Shown here: piece by piece, positions 44,231 through 54,132 of the stretch
How positions within the stretch are numbered: position 1 is the first letter of the stretch
Layout of the letters: every line of letters starts with the position of its first letter
Source of the DNA: a virus
IMG/VR virus record: IMGVR_UViG_3300040971_000196
Span: 1,032 to 65,031 of that record
Strand: one strand, 5' to 3'
DNA length: 64,000 bases
Position numbers and translations under genes: made by a program
The notes under the pieces: model-generated
The model's input: only the letters and a program-made list of their open reading frames with translations
Told to the model about the DNA's origin: nothing
Database searches by the model: none

Positions 44231-44690
44231 GATATTTCCTGATATTTCCTGATATATCCTAGCCCTAGAAAATATCCGTCGATTATCCAATGATTTCGAC
44301 ATGATGATACCATTTCTGATATTTATATTTTCTTTTTGATATTTTCTCATTTCCGATGTGTGCAATTTCATCCAATATCATACAACAACTCAGCCTCTGT
44401 AAGCCCTTGTAAGGCCGAGAGCACTAATCCTTTTGTGTGTTTTTTTCTCGCGTATAGGGATTTAAATATCCAAAACCGACCTAACCATGTGGAATACATG
44501 ACGATCGGACGGATATTTTCTCGGAAAAGAAAATATCAGAAAATATCAGAAAGTGACTTAAGGACTTGGGATGTTTGGTGATCCGGCCGATATTTTCTTT
44601 TGGGAGAAAATATCAGGATCAGGGAGAAAATATCAATGAACTTCGCGGCTTGCGCAAGAGCAGAACTACCAAAAAGCCTGATATTTGGTC
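44231..44690. repeat. AT-rich region with about a dozen GATAT(T)/AATATC repeats in both orientations; candidate origin or regulatory locus
   Basis: GATATTTCCT x2 plus GATATATCCT at 44231-44260, AAAATATCAG x2 near 44530, and further copies; lies between the divergent gene blocks. Confidence 0.5.
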
Positions 44691-44700
44691 AAGCGCTATT

Positions 44701-44765
44701 CTTCTACCACGCGGCCACCTATCCCCTTTCTCTTGGGTAAGCCACCGCACCTATCCCTTTTCCCC
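44701..44765 (+). promoter_or_regulatory. Phage-specific upstream motif: long copy 3 and short copy 4
   Basis: CTTCTACCACGCGGCCACCTATCCCCTTTCTC and CACCTATCCCTTTTCCCC, upstream of the BRO gene. Confidence 0.55.
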
Positions 44766-44800
44766 TTTTCAAATCAACCCCCTAACCCAAGGAGTTCATT

Positions 44801-45424
44801 GTGGAAAATCAGTCAGTAATGGAGCGAGTTTTTGAGGGCTACGAAGTCAGGGCGATCATCGACGAAGATGGAAATCCCTGGTTTGTCGCCAAGGATGTTT
44901 GTGATGTTTTGGGGCTTACCAACTCAAGAATGGCCACCGCTTCGCTTGAGGCCGATGATCTTCGTGTAACTACTGCTTACACGAAGGCCGGACAGCGAGA
45001 AGTTACGATTGTCTCTGAATCCGGTCTCTATCGGCTTCTCTTCCAAAGCCGCAAACCCGAGGCTCAGAGGTTTTGCGACTGGGTGACCAAGGTCATCATT
45101 CCTGAAGTCCGCAAAACAGGCGGCTTTGGCCTGGCTGAAGCAAAGGCCCGCATTGAATATCTCGAATCAGAGCTGGCGAGGCTGTATCAAATTGTCGAAG
45201 CAAACATGATTCCCCTCGACAGCCCGGTACGCAAGACTGCTCTCCGCATGGCAGAGTCTGTGGCCAAGGCCGTAGGCAAGCTCGACGATGAAGACTTCAT
45301 CATTCATCGCTTTCTGCTCAACTGCCGTCTGATGGGAGCTCCTGCTCAAGGCACACTTCATATGCCAGCAGAACAGAAGAAACGGCTCACCGGCCGTCAC
45401 AAGCAGCGTCGGCTGAAAAAGTAA
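44801..45424 (+). CDS. BRO-N domain protein (antirepressor-like)
   Basis: VRAIIDEDGNPWFVAKDVCDVLG...SESGLYRLLFQSRKPEAQRFCDWVT..IIPEVRKTG. Confidence 0.9.
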   Translation: MENQSVMERVFEGYEVRAIIDEDGNPWFVAKDVCDVLGLTNSRMATASLEADDLRVTTAYTKAGQREVTIVSESGLYRLLFQSRKPEAQRFCDWVTKVIIPEVRKTGGFGLAEAKARIEYLESELARLYQIVEANMIPLDSPVRKTALRMAESVAKAVGKLDDEDFIIHRFLLNCRLMGAPAQGTLHMPAEQKKRLTGRHKQRRLKK

Positions 45425-45430
45425 TCCACA

Positions 45431-45459
45431 AGAGAAGCGCAGTACTGCGCTTCTCTTTT
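45431..45459 (+). terminator. Rho-independent terminator
   Basis: Perfect palindrome AGAGAAGCGCAGTACTGCGCTTCTCT followed by TTT. Confidence 0.7.
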
Positions 45460-45477
45460 AATCCCTGGCAGCCGCCT

Positions 45478-45494
45478 CACCTATCCCTTTTCCC
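45478..45494 (+). promoter_or_regulatory. Phage-specific upstream motif, short copy 5
   Basis: CACCTATCCCTTTTCCC after the terminator and before the 45547 gene. Confidence 0.55.
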
Positions 45495-45546
45495 TTTTTC
45501 GTTCTCAACCCTTTCTACCTCATCATTCAACCAAGGAGATCAGACT

Positions 45547-46059
45547 ATGGGCCTACCGCTTTCAAACTGTGTCATCGAGAAACAAATGCCCAAGGGTTAT
45601 ACCTGGGCCAAGTTCGTAAAGTGCTGGACCGGCGATCCGGCAGAGGCAAGATTCTTTGAAGAGAAGCAGGATGACGTGGGCAACACCTTCCCGTATGCCT
45701 ATTTCACGACGTTAATAACCTACACCCGTGATGAAGGCTTCACTCTGCGCGAGGTCAAGTTCCAGGGCGACGACGCGCTCTGGGCAGCCCTTGAGCTCAA
45801 AGAGCGCGGGCAGGTGGCCCTGGTTAGCTGTGAAGGTCACATCTACACCCGCGTTATCGACAACAATGACGGCACTCAGTATGTCCGCTCAAACGTCATC
45901 ATCAAAAAGGGCACAGTCCTCGTCCACGACTACGAGGCTCAGAGCGCCCCTCTCAGCCCCTCCATGCCCGAGCAGGACCGAGACACTGGCCTGACCGAGT
46001 ATGGCCTCACAGAGGTCACAGGGGGCTCAGAAAACACTGGCGACGACGCACCGTTCTAA
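45547..46059 (+). CDS. Putative single-stranded DNA-binding (OB-fold) protein
   Basis: V.F.G..A......GQVALVSCEG.I pattern and acidic C-terminal tail GDDAPF. Confidence 0.6.
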   Translation: MGLPLSNCVIEKQMPKGYTWAKFVKCWTGDPAEARFFEEKQDDVGNTFPYAYFTTLITYTRDEGFTLREVKFQGDDALWAALELKERGQVALVSCEGHIYTRVIDNNDGTQYVRSNVIIKKGTVLVHDYEAQSAPLSPSMPEQDRDTGLTEYGLTEVTGGSENTGDDAPF

Positions 46060-46084
46060 ACCTTAAACCCAAGGAGCTTTATAG

Positions 46085-46573
46085 ATGAGCACCAACATGG
46101 ACTACGAATTTATCCTCGAGTGGGACGAGTTCCCTGAGTCCTTCCTCGACAAGTGGGCAACCGAGCTGACGCATGCCGATCTCGAAGACAACGGCGTGAT
46201 CTGCGACATCAACTTTGACTTCACTCCTTACTGCCCTGGCCGGTATGACGGCCACCCGGACAATATGTACCCGGCCAGCGGCCCGGACCTCGACATCAAC
46301 TCCGTGTGCCTCACCGTCTACCTGCAGCGTGCGGCGACTGTCAGGGGCGAGCGCCAGTATGTCCATCCCATGGGCTACCTTACCGTGGCCACCGATCACC
46401 TTCGCCCGTTCGATGACAAGTTCCTCGAAGTTGCCCACCAGTTCGCTATGGACTGGCTCGACATTAATTCCGAGAAGCTTGAGAGCCACCTGCTCGCGTG
46501 GGCTGCTACACAGAAACATAAGAATGAGATCGACAGCATCCTGTCATCCATATCAGAAAAGAGGTACTCATGA
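46085..46573 (+). CDS. Acidic hypothetical phage protein
   Basis: AAGGAG SD; YCPGRYDGHPDNMYP motif. Confidence 0.65.
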   Translation: MSTNMDYEFILEWDEFPESFLDKWATELTHADLEDNGVICDINFDFTPYCPGRYDGHPDNMYPASGPDLDINSVCLTVYLQRAATVRGERQYVHPMGYLTVATDHLRPFDDKFLEVAHQFAMDWLDINSEKLESHLLAWAATQKHKNEIDSILSSISEKRYS

Positions 46574-46716
46574 CCGCCCGCATCAAAGTGTTACGGATAT
46601 ACTGCTGTGAGGACTGCACAGCCCTTGGTTACGGCAACTCCTGTGACGAGCTGGAGCGCACCATCGAAGACTCAACACTTGAACCACCGGATGAATGCCC
46701 GCTGGAGGAGTTATGA
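46570..46716 (+). CDS. Small Cys-rich protein (48 aa)
   Basis: ATGA overlaps at both ends; CCEDC...C...PDECPL (hand translation). Confidence 0.55.
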   Translation: MTARIKVLRIYCCEDCTALGYGNSCDELERTIEDSTLEPPDECPLEEL

Positions 46717-46889
46717 GTGTTGAAGACATACCGTGGTATGAACGCAGGGAGAATGAAGCGTTTGATGTCTTTCAGCAAAAAGCTGAGTCACTTGATGATA
46801 ATCAGAACTACCTTGAAGCTTGGGTTCTCTTAACAGCAAAACGGCACATGAGACACAGAGTCAAAATATTTGAAAGGGAGGAGGCATGA
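46713..46889 (+). CDS. Hypothetical protein
   Basis: GGAGGAG SD; overlaps both neighbours. Confidence 0.55.
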   Translation: MSVEDIPWYERRENEAFDVFQQKAESLDDNQNYLEAWVLLTAKRHMRHRVKIFEREEA

Positions 46890-47254
46890 TCAAAGTCACC
46901 GAGGAGAATGCCCACAAGTATCACCGCTACATGTGGCGCTGGCTGGCGAGACATGTTGGCTACACTAAAAGAGACTGGCCAGGCTGGAAAAGAATCCGAA
47001 ATTCAAACAGCAATTGCTTTGCCTGCATACTGGCAGACATCAGGATTGGAGAGCTTGATCCATACGACGGCTGGTTTGCTCACTGCTCAGTCTGCCCAAT
47101 CAAGGAATGGCGCGAGAAGGTCACGCTGGGAAGAAAAAATAATGAGCCAGCATGCCTGTCTTATGAATCAGCATTCGACAGGTGGGAAAGCGCCCTTAAC
47201 ACTATATATTTGGACAGTCTTGCAACAGAAATCTCCGAGATGGAGTGGGAGTAA
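46886..47254 (+). CDS. Hypothetical Cys/Trp-rich protein
   Basis: CFAC...CSVCPI...C. Confidence 0.6.
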   Translation: MIKVTEENAHKYHRYMWRWLARHVGYTKRDWPGWKRIRNSNSNCFACILADIRIGELDPYDGWFAHCSVCPIKEWREKVTLGRKNNEPACLSYESAFDRWESALNTIYLDSLATEISEMEWE

Positions 47255-47271
47255 ACCCAAGGAGGTCAGAA

Positions 47272-47454
47272 GTGATCTGCAAAATAGTCGAAGTTCACTA
47301 CCATGAAGTTACGCATGATGTGATCGAGAGCATGCATGAGACAGCTGCCCACAAGCTGGTGGACGAGCTGAACCAGACGCTGGGCGAGCGGGCGCCGTTC
47401 AAGTACAGGGTTGAATATGTCGACCGCAGAAAAACACAAAGAGGAGCGTGCTGA
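47272..47454 (+). CDS. Hypothetical protein
   Basis: AAGGAGGT SD before GTG. Confidence 0.5.
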   Translation: MICKIVEVHYHEVTHDVIESMHETAAHKLVDELNQTLGERAPFKYRVEYVDRRKTQRGAC

Positions 47455-47456
47455 TA

Positions 47457-47722
47457 TGATTTATGAGATAACCAGATGGGAACTTACCGGCCTGACCTTG
47501 GGCGCACTGGCCGTTGGGTATGTGATCGGGTTCATCCGGAGCGCCGTGCGGGTCCACATTACCGCCAAAAAATTCACCTCAAACGACGTGATCCCCTCGC
47601 ACCTCATCGTCAGATCACTGATAATTGCCAGGGACCTCCACCGCGACAACCTCATGCGCGAGGACAAGATCCAGAAACGTCGCTCATATGTCGGCACAAT
47701 CAACATCGAAGAGGAGAAGTAA
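47457..47722 (+). CDS. Small membrane protein
   Basis: GAGGAG SD; N-terminal TM helix. Confidence 0.5.
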
Positions 47723-47723
47723 G

Positions 47724-47984
47724 ATGGTACAACCACAAAGCTTCTCTGTCAGGAGAAGAAACACAGGCCACTGGGACATTCTGTCAAAGGACGGAGCACG
47801 CCTGTTTCGCATCCGTGGCGGACCAGGAAGATATCTGGCAATGGATGAACGTCAACATGTCGGGACGACTAAAGAGTTCAAAACAATAGGAACCTGTATG
47901 TCCTACATCTGCGACGAGTTAATGTATGAACTTATTATTGCAGTTGGGCAAATGCCGTCCGAAATTGAAGCCTGGAACGTATAG
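47724..47984 (+). CDS. Hypothetical protein
   Basis: GAGGAG SD; tight gene packing. Confidence 0.5.
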   Translation: MVQPQSFSVRRRNTGHWDILSKDGARLFRIRGGPGRYLAMDERQHVGTTKEFKTIGTCMSYICDELMYELIIAVGQMPSEIEAWNV

Positions 47985-47994
47985 GAGAGGTAAG

Positions 47995-48492
47995 ATGGAA
48001 GAAAAAGATCTGGTCTGGTTGCCCAAAAGCGTTGCTGTCAAGGTCAAACAGATCGAAACCGTCGAAGAGGCGGACAGTATGATTCAGGAGTACATCAAGA
48101 CAAAGCGTCAGGACTTCATCAGGGAGCTGGAGAATCTCGATGACGATGTCCTCACATTCAAGGGAGTCTGCCTGAAACACCGGCAAGAGCTGAAGAAAGT
48201 CTATGACGAGCAGGCTGACCTCCTTGACAAGCTCTGGGAGGACTGCGGAGACATGGGCAGCAAGATCCACAGGCACGCCAAGGCCATAGCCGCCGAGCTG
48301 GCACCACTCACCGCCGAGGTGAAGAGCCTCAAGACCAGTATCGAAGAAGTCAAAAAGCTCATCCATGAAGTAAGCTTCTACCCGGCACAGCAATTTGTTT
48401 CGACCGTCGAAAGCGTGGCACGCATGGACGACAAGACAAAGGGCCTGCTACGGGACCTGTTGGACCTGAAGAAAGTAACACAGGAGGAGTGA
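47995..48492 (+). CDS. Coiled-coil hypothetical protein
   Basis: GGAGAGG SD; start MEEKDLVW. Confidence 0.6.
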   Translation: MEEKDLVWLPKSVAVKVKQIETVEEADSMIQEYIKTKRQDFIRELENLDDDVLTFKGVCLKHRQELKKVYDEQADLLDKLWEDCGDMGSKIHRHAKAIAAELAPLTAEVKSLKTSIEEVKKLIHEVSFYPAQQFVSTVESVARMDDKTKGLLRDLLDLKKVTQEE

Positions 48493-48740
48493 TGGCTACG
48501 CGCAATTTGCTCCACAGGTCAAAACTTCCCGACTTCCTCGAATGGACAAAATCCATGGGCGCAGAGATCGAGCCTGGCAGGGGCTACTATCAGAGGGTTC
48601 GCATCAAGTTTCCTGACGAGCCGGTCCACATCATCTGGGACAGATCACGTGGCGACCACTACACCCTGGAGACCAGAACAACCAGGCTCTTCTGGAAGTA
48701 CATGAGCATGCAGAAAGCAGTGGAGGTAAAAGATGAGTGA
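48489..48740 (+). CDS. Hypothetical phage protein
   Basis: RNLLHRSKL.DF.EW motif; SD present. Confidence 0.6.
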   Translation: MMATRNLLHRSKLPDFLEWTKSMGAEIEPGRGYYQRVRIKFPDEPVHIIWDRSRGDHYTLETRTTRLFWKYMSMQKAVEVKDE

Positions 48741-49041
48741 CGACCTGAAACTCTTCCTGGCCGAAAAGATCATAGAGAGGCAGAAGTCAGAGATTGCTGC
48801 CTACAAGGCTCTACTCTTCCAGGCACAGACTGAGCGCGACGTAGCCCGCGCCACAGTATGCATTTCACCATGGGAGGATAGTCCGCCGTGCAAGGGCATA
48901 CAGAAGCAACTCGACAAGATAGCTGCACTGAAAACAGTGCTACACAACATAAGCCTTGGCTCACAGAATTCCATGACAACAAAAGAAAACCTGGGCGCAG
49001 AGGCAAGAAGGGCTCTGGCCGCGCTGGCCGGGGAGGAGTGA
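48733..49041 (+). CDS. Hypothetical protein
   Basis: GGAGGT SD; overlaps the previous gene. Confidence 0.55.
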   Translation: MSDDLKLFLAEKIIERQKSEIAAYKALLFQAQTERDVARATVCISPWEDSPPCKGIQKQLDKIAALKTVLHNISLGSQNSMTTKENLGAEARRALAALAGEE

Positions 49042-49341
49042 ATGAGTAAATCAAACAAAGATTTATTAAATTACTTTGAAAGAATAGAAGAATGGTACGA
49101 CGAAGTTTCTCCGTTGATAGAAAAAGCGGAGAAAGGCAGCCTTTTTACAGTAGGGGCACTGCTGTCGTGGTGGAGCAGAAGGCCAAAGCTTAAAGTTCTG
49201 CTGCTTGAGGAAAAGGTTGACTCCCTCCTTGCCCGCGTGGCGAGGCTGGAGGAGTTTGTTAAAAAGGCAGAGATAGCCTTCGATGAAATAGGCGCAGTTA
49301 ATTGGTCACGAAGAGCGCGTCGCGCACTGGAGGAGAAATGA
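49042..49341 (+). CDS. Hypothetical protein
   Basis: GGAGGAG SD. Confidence 0.55.
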   Translation: MSKSNKDLLNYFERIEEWYDEVSPLIEKAEKGSLFTVGALLSWWSRRPKLKVLLLEEKVDSLLARVARLEEFVKKAEIAFDEIGAVNWSRRARRALEEK

Positions 49342-49508
49342 GTGATAAAGCACATAAAATCTACATGAAAGTCTCTAAGGAGTTTGACAGAGTCCTGTTT
49401 AAGCATCTTTCAAAAGAGGACGAAGAGACAAGAGACTATGTCGAGCAGAGAATTCTGGATGAGTACAGGCCGTGGAACTATATGTTCAGAAACAATAAGG
49501 AGGATTAG
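49338..49508 (+). CDS. Hypothetical protein
   Basis: ATGA overlap; SD present. Confidence 0.5.
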   Translation: MSDKAHKIYMKVSKEFDRVLFKHLSKEDEETRDYVEQRILDEYRPWNYMFRNNKED

Positions 49509-49964
49509 ATGCCTAAGAAAGTCATGCCGAGCGAGAGCGCGGTAAAAATGCATGTCAACAAAATTGAGTTTGACGGAAGATTTTATATTCCAGTTGAAGA
49601 CTTTGAAGTCTTGCTTGAAAAACACGAAAAGGCCCGGGACACAATAAACTATTTGCTCGATAAGTGGTTCTTAACCATCGAGAACCGGATGCGCGACCAG
49701 GACCGCGCGATGACCGCAACCAGCCGCTATGAGAGAGCGGCAAACAAAATCAGCGCCCTGGAGAAAGAGCTGCGCGAGCTGAACAAGACCATCCACGAAC
49801 TCAAGATGGAGGTCGTGAAGTCAAAGCCGCATTATCGTCAAGAATGGGCGGGACAGCAGGTGTGTTGTTCCAAGGAATTCAAGATGAAGTTCGGTAATGC
49901 CGAACCGACACTTGAAGAGCCGGTAAAGCTCTCTGGAATATTTTTTAATTCGGAAGAGAAATAA
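49509..49964 (+). CDS. Coiled-coil hypothetical protein
   Basis: AAGGAGG SD. Confidence 0.55.
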   Translation: MPKKVMPSESAVKMHVNKIEFDGRFYIPVEDFEVLLEKHEKARDTINYLLDKWFLTIENRMRDQDRAMTATSRYERAANKISALEKELRELNKTIHELKMEVVKSKPHYRQEWAGQQVCCSKEFKMKFGNAEPTLEEPVKLSGIFFNSEEK

Positions 49965-49994
49965 TCAGCAACACTCTCATAATAGGAGAAGAAG

Positions 49995-50711
49995 ATGAAC
50001 ATCGTTCAAATTGGCAATCCGGTATTTTCGTACGACATCAACTATCGCAGAAACCACGCCATCGACTGCACCAAGCGTGCTGACGCCATGGTTGAGACGG
50101 CTGGCCGCGTCGTTGACGCCATGCACCTCCTGGGCAGCGTGGTTGCCCGCACCAGGCCCGCCGAGCTTCCGATGACCTGGAGCATCTACCCGGAAAGAAT
50201 CTGGGGCCAGAACGTCCAGCCCGTGGCCACAATCAACCCGAACCGTATCAACTGGGACGACATTGAGTACGCCTATAGCGATGGCTGCAGGCACATCGAG
50301 CAGATCACCAAAGCGGCGGTGGTCATCTATGTCACCTGCGAGCCATGCTGGGAGACATATCGTCGCTGGTCCTCAATCATCATCGACGACTTCTACAAGT
50401 CCATGCAGGCCGTTCGCAATTACTTCGGCATCAAGTGGGAAGACATCTCAAAGACTCAGGATGTGACCTGGGGCGAGGTTGAGTTTCGGTATATCAGCAA
50501 GGCGCCGATCACCGTCATCCGGCAGGACATTCCGCCATGCAACTATTATGGAGACACCGTGAATGAGCGTGAAACCGATGTGCGCGTCCACTTCTCCCTG
50601 ACCATCCCGAACTTCCCCGACGATCAGAAGAACGCGGCCAACTGCCACGTCATCGAAGAGGAAGTCACAACGACAAGCACCAGAAAGGTGAAGCGACTGA
50701 GGTGCGAATAA
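49995..50711 (+). CDS. Hypothetical protein
   Basis: 238 aa; AGGAG SD. Confidence 0.65.
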   Translation: MNIVQIGNPVFSYDINYRRNHAIDCTKRADAMVETAGRVVDAMHLLGSVVARTRPAELPMTWSIYPERIWGQNVQPVATINPNRINWDDIEYAYSDGCRHIEQITKAAVVIYVTCEPCWETYRRWSSIIIDDFYKSMQAVRNYFGIKWEDISKTQDVTWGEVEFRYISKAPITVIRQDIPPCNYYGDTVNERETDVRVHFSLTIPNFPDDQKNAANCHVIEEEVTTTSTRKVKRLRCE

Positions 50712-51088
50712 TGTTTATCGTAATATGCCTTGATGAAGGACAGTACAAGCAAACACGGCTTCGACCATTCGATACAACTGAAGAGGCCAGGCGTTATATG
50801 ACAACAATCAGCCCAAGCAGAAGACCAATAATTGTCGATATCGGGAAGACAGAAGAAGACGACACAAGGTCTATCCAGGTGTTTATAACAAGAGAAGAGG
50901 CTACAGCAGTTAATCGCCTTGTTAGGAGCGAGCTTGCAGGAATCAGCTCAAAACTGACAATCTATGACAGACATGGAATTACTGCAACGCAAGTATCGGC
51001 AAAGATGCAGCTTGCAGATCTTGAACGCTATCTTTTCAGCTTTGTAAAGGAAATGGAAGATGCATACTTCAGGGAGTATAAGTCATGA
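50711..51088 (+). CDS. Hypothetical protein
   Basis: TAATG overlap with the previous gene. Confidence 0.55.
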   Translation: MFIVICLDEGQYKQTRLRPFDTTEEARRYMTTISPSRRPIIVDIGKTEEDDTRSIQVFITREEATAVNRLVRSELAGISSKLTIYDRHGITATQVSAKMQLADLERYLFSFVKEMEDAYFREYKS

Positions 51089-51639
51089 AAAGAGAAAACT
51101 TCCCGTTCAAAGTCTACCTTGGGGCTACAAAGAAGGAATTGTATGGCGAAGCCAGATCAATATTCCTTGAAGGGTTTTCCTGGGACTGCGGCTGGTACTG
51201 GGGTGGAGGATATATCGGCAACAAGAACTTCCACTGCCACTTCGATGACTGCTTTCTGGAGGTTCCGGATATTCGTGGGCATCCTCTGGGCAACTTTGTC
51301 ACACCATGGACGGTTCCAAATAAGTACATGGAAAATTCACCCAAGGTCGTCATCAGCAACGGCTGCTCTGTCTGGGAAGGCCTGGAGACATTCCTCGACA
51401 GGTCGCCAGAGCACCTGATCAAGAATTGGTGGCGCATCAAGGATCTCTATAAGCAATTCTACATATTCCAAAAGGCAGCAGAGGCCTTCAGGCACGGTGG
51501 TCACTGCACAAGTGCCGGAAGGAATGAAGCTGAAATTGACAAGAAAAAGGCAGAAGAGATCAACGACCACATTCAGGCCGTAATCATCCCGGAAATAATC
51601 AAGGCATTGAAGGAGCCAGAAGATGAGAAAGGAAATTGA
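51085..51639 (+). CDS. Hypothetical phage protein
   Basis: SWDCGWYWGGG...HCHFD motif. Confidence 0.65.
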   Translation: MKRENFPFKVYLGATKKELYGEARSIFLEGFSWDCGWYWGGGYIGNKNFHCHFDDCFLEVPDIRGHPLGNFVTPWTVPNKYMENSPKVVISNGCSVWEGLETFLDRSPEHLIKNWWRIKDLYKQFYIFQKAAEAFRHGGHCTSAGRNEAEIDKKKAEEINDHIQAVIIPEIIKALKEPEDEKGN

Positions 51640-51787
51640 AGACGCATGCGAAACGATAGATGCAATGGTCTACTCCGGCGATATGCTTGAGTTCGAGCGC
51701 GAACGCGACGACTTCAAGGAATATGTCGAAATGTGGCTGGAGAAAATACAGGAATTTGAAGTGGAGGACGAAGATGGAAACAACTGA
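51623..51787 (+). CDS. Small highly acidic protein (54 aa)
   Basis: AAGGAG SD; MRKEIEDACETIDAMVYSGDMLEFERERDDFKEYVEMWLEKIQEFEVEDEDGNN (hand translation). Confidence 0.55.
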   Translation: MRKEIEDACETIDAMVYSGDMLEFERERDDFKEYVEMWLEKIQEFEVEDEDGNN

Positions 51788-51971
51788 AAACTGGTATTTC
51801 ACATTCGGCAGCGGCCAGGCCCATCCGAATGGATATGTGAAGATCCACGGCACGTTCAATAGCGCCAGGGATCATATGCACAAGCTGTACGGTCCGAAGT
51901 GGGCCTTCCAGTATGACGAAGAAGAATTCATGCCCAAGATCAAGCGCTGGGGCCTCACGGAGGTTAAATGA
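51774..51971 (+). CDS. Hypothetical phage protein
   Basis: WYFTFGSGQ....YVKI.G....AR..M...YG.KWAFQY; GGAGG SD. Confidence 0.6.
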   Translation: METTENWYFTFGSGQAHPNGYVKIHGTFNSARDHMHKLYGPKWAFQYDEEEFMPKIKRWGLTEVK

Positions 51972-52234
51972 TCGGATATTACGGCAATCACAGCAAGCGC
52001 AAGGGTGACATTGTCCAGATTGCACGCTGGGAAACAGAACTTCTGGAAAAATTTGATAAGTTCTATGAAGTCAAGCCCTGGAAGATAGATGAAGTCAAAT
52101 TCATTGTTGTCGTTATTGACCACAGCACCCGTACCATCGGGATAATCCCGAAGAACGAGCGCATCAAACAAATTGTCGGCCGCGTTCCGCTCGACTCCGC
52201 CAGCCTCATTCGCGTGGGCCGGCTATCGGAATAA
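51968..52234 (+). CDS. Hypothetical protein
   Basis: GGAGGT SD; ATGA overlap. Confidence 0.55.
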   Translation: MIGYYGNHSKRKGDIVQIARWETELLEKFDKFYEVKPWKIDEVKFIVVVIDHSTRTIGIIPKNERIKQIVGRVPLDSASLIRVGRLSE

Positions 52235-52380
52235 AAAAGACGGCCTGGCTATTCGGGTCAACAATCACCGAAGCCAGGCCGTCACAGCGCGACCCCGATT
52301 ATTTCCGTTTTTCATGGAATAAGTTTCGCGCTGGCTGTTCTGCAAGAGAAGCATACAAAAAACCATAGGAGGTTGCAAGG

Positions 52381-52689
52381 ATGGGATACGAAATCATTGC
52401 CTTTGGCACATGCGGTGAAACTATCTGCACGCTTGAAACACACGATGAGGACCACCGGGCAGCCCACGCCGTCATGGGCGCCCTCGGTGTGGACTACAAC
52501 TACCTCGATCAGGCAGGTCCGGGCGACACCATGAAGTTCAATGCCGGCGAACTGCATGCAGCTCAGGCAGCACTCACTGTCGCGGTCAATGTCGAGGAAG
52601 AGTTCACTCGGGGCATGGTGCTTCTTGAAAGCGCCCTTGAGTACATGAAAGAGAATCAACTGTCTGAAATTGAGATCGGATTTTTCTGA
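52381..52689 (+). CDS. Acidic hypothetical protein
   Basis: AGGAGGT SD. Confidence 0.6.
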   Translation: MGYEIIAFGTCGETICTLETHDEDHRAAHAVMGALGVDYNYLDQAGPGDTMKFNAGELHAAQAALTVAVNVEEEFTRGMVLLESALEYMKENQLSEIEIGFF

Positions 52690-52690
52690 T

Positions 52691-52858
52691 ATGGCGCAAA
52701 CACAAGACTATGTAGTTGTAGAGGAGCATAGTGCAAAAGAACTACAAAAGGCTGTAGTCTTCTGGATCAAAAGGGGATATGAGCCTCTCGGTGCGCCAAC
52801 CATTGCTGTATGCGGCATGGCAAGATACTATGTACAAGCTATGTATTTTAAACTATAA
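52691..52858 (+). CDS. DUF1737-like small protein
   Basis: Y.VV.....EL...V...I..GY...G.P......Y.QAM pattern. Confidence 0.55.
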   Translation: MAQTQDYVVVEEHSAKELQKAVVFWIKRGYEPLGAPTIAVCGMARYYVQAMYFKL

Positions 52859-52871
52859 GGAGTAATGACCT

Positions 52872-54017
52872 ATGAAAGCTGGAAGAACACTGTCGGAACT
52901 GGCAGCAGAGATTGAACGTCAGGCAGAAGCCAAGAAGGATTACACGGTCGCTACAAACGCGATGGAGTTTTCGATCCCGGAAGCTGATGTAAAGTACGGA
53001 AGAGACTTTGATGAAGATTACGAATTCAGAGAGGGCCTGAATTTCGTAAGGCAAGACCCGGCTAAGAAGTCCCCCGTCCTTGCCCTTATGGGCCTCACCG
53101 ACCGCTTCACCATCGACAAACATGCCCACGCACAGCTCGGAGCACACCTTGATATCCCCAGGAAGTTCTACGACGAACAGCTCGCCGCCAACCCGGACCT
53201 GCTTGCTGTCATGGTCAACACGCTCATGCGCCGTACTGTCAAGCCAAGGCTTGTGCGTACACTTGACGGTCGGGCCAGAGCAATCATGTCGAACCGATAC
53301 CGCGCAATCGACAATTACGACATCGCCCCCATGGTCTTTGAAAACCTGGTCGATTCGCAGGCTCAGATAGTCTCCTGCGACATCACGGAAACCAAGCTCT
53401 ACATCAAGGCCCTGTTCCCGAAGTCAGAAACCGAAGTAGCCAAGGGCGACCCGATCCAGATGGGCGTGGTCATCAGCAACTCTGAAATCGGCATGGGGCA
53501 GCTCTCATTCCAGCCGCTCCTATATCGCCTTGTCTGCTTGAATGGCGCTATCATGCAGGACAACAGCCTCAAGCGCAGGCACCTCGGATCTAAGCTGGAC
53601 ATGGATGATGCAGGTCTGGCATTGGAATATATCAAGGACGATACCAGGAAGAAGATGGATGAGGCGCTCATTTACCAGCTCAGGGATACACTCACCGCAT
53701 TTAGCTCTCCCCAGAAGGTCCTGGAGTATGCAGAGAAGGCCAGGGTGGCTTCGACCGAAATGATTACCGGCGATCCCATTGCAGCGATGCAGGTGCTCCA
53801 GAAGCGTGCAGCCCTCACTGACGATGACCGTGGCGGCATCCTGCGTCACCTTATTAACGGCGGCGACCTGTCACGCTGGGGCGTCACCAATGCCGTAACA
53901 AGGTACTCCCAGGATGTGCAGTCCTACGACAAGGCCACTGACCTCGAAGCACTTGGCGGACAGCTCCTCGAGCTGAACAAGACTGATTGGCGGGCAATCG
54001 CCGAAGCGGCGGCATGA
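52872..54017 (+). CDS. DUF932-family phage protein
   Basis: RAIMSNRYRAIDN, ISNSEIG and YRLVCLNG motifs. Confidence 0.8.
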   Translation: MKAGRTLSELAAEIERQAEAKKDYTVATNAMEFSIPEADVKYGRDFDEDYEFREGLNFVRQDPAKKSPVLALMGLTDRFTIDKHAHAQLGAHLDIPRKFYDEQLAANPDLLAVMVNTLMRRTVKPRLVRTLDGRARAIMSNRYRAIDNYDIAPMVFENLVDSQAQIVSCDITETKLYIKALFPKSETEVAKGDPIQMGVVISNSEIGMGQLSFQPLLYRLVCLNGAIMQDNSLKRRHLGSKLDMDDAGLALEYIKDDTRKKMDEALIYQLRDTLTAFSSPQKVLEYAEKARVASTEMITGDPIAAMQVLQKRAALTDDDRGGILRHLINGGDLSRWGVTNAVTRYSQDVQSYDKATDLEALGGQLLELNKTDWRAIAEAAA

Positions 54018-54132
54018 GCAGGTGGGGCGGCGGACGGCCGCCCTACAACAGAATAATCCGCAGGTGGACTCTTGGACTTATAGCAAGTAATGATTGGGAT
54101 CTTGTATTTGACCTTTTTACTATGGAGTAGAC

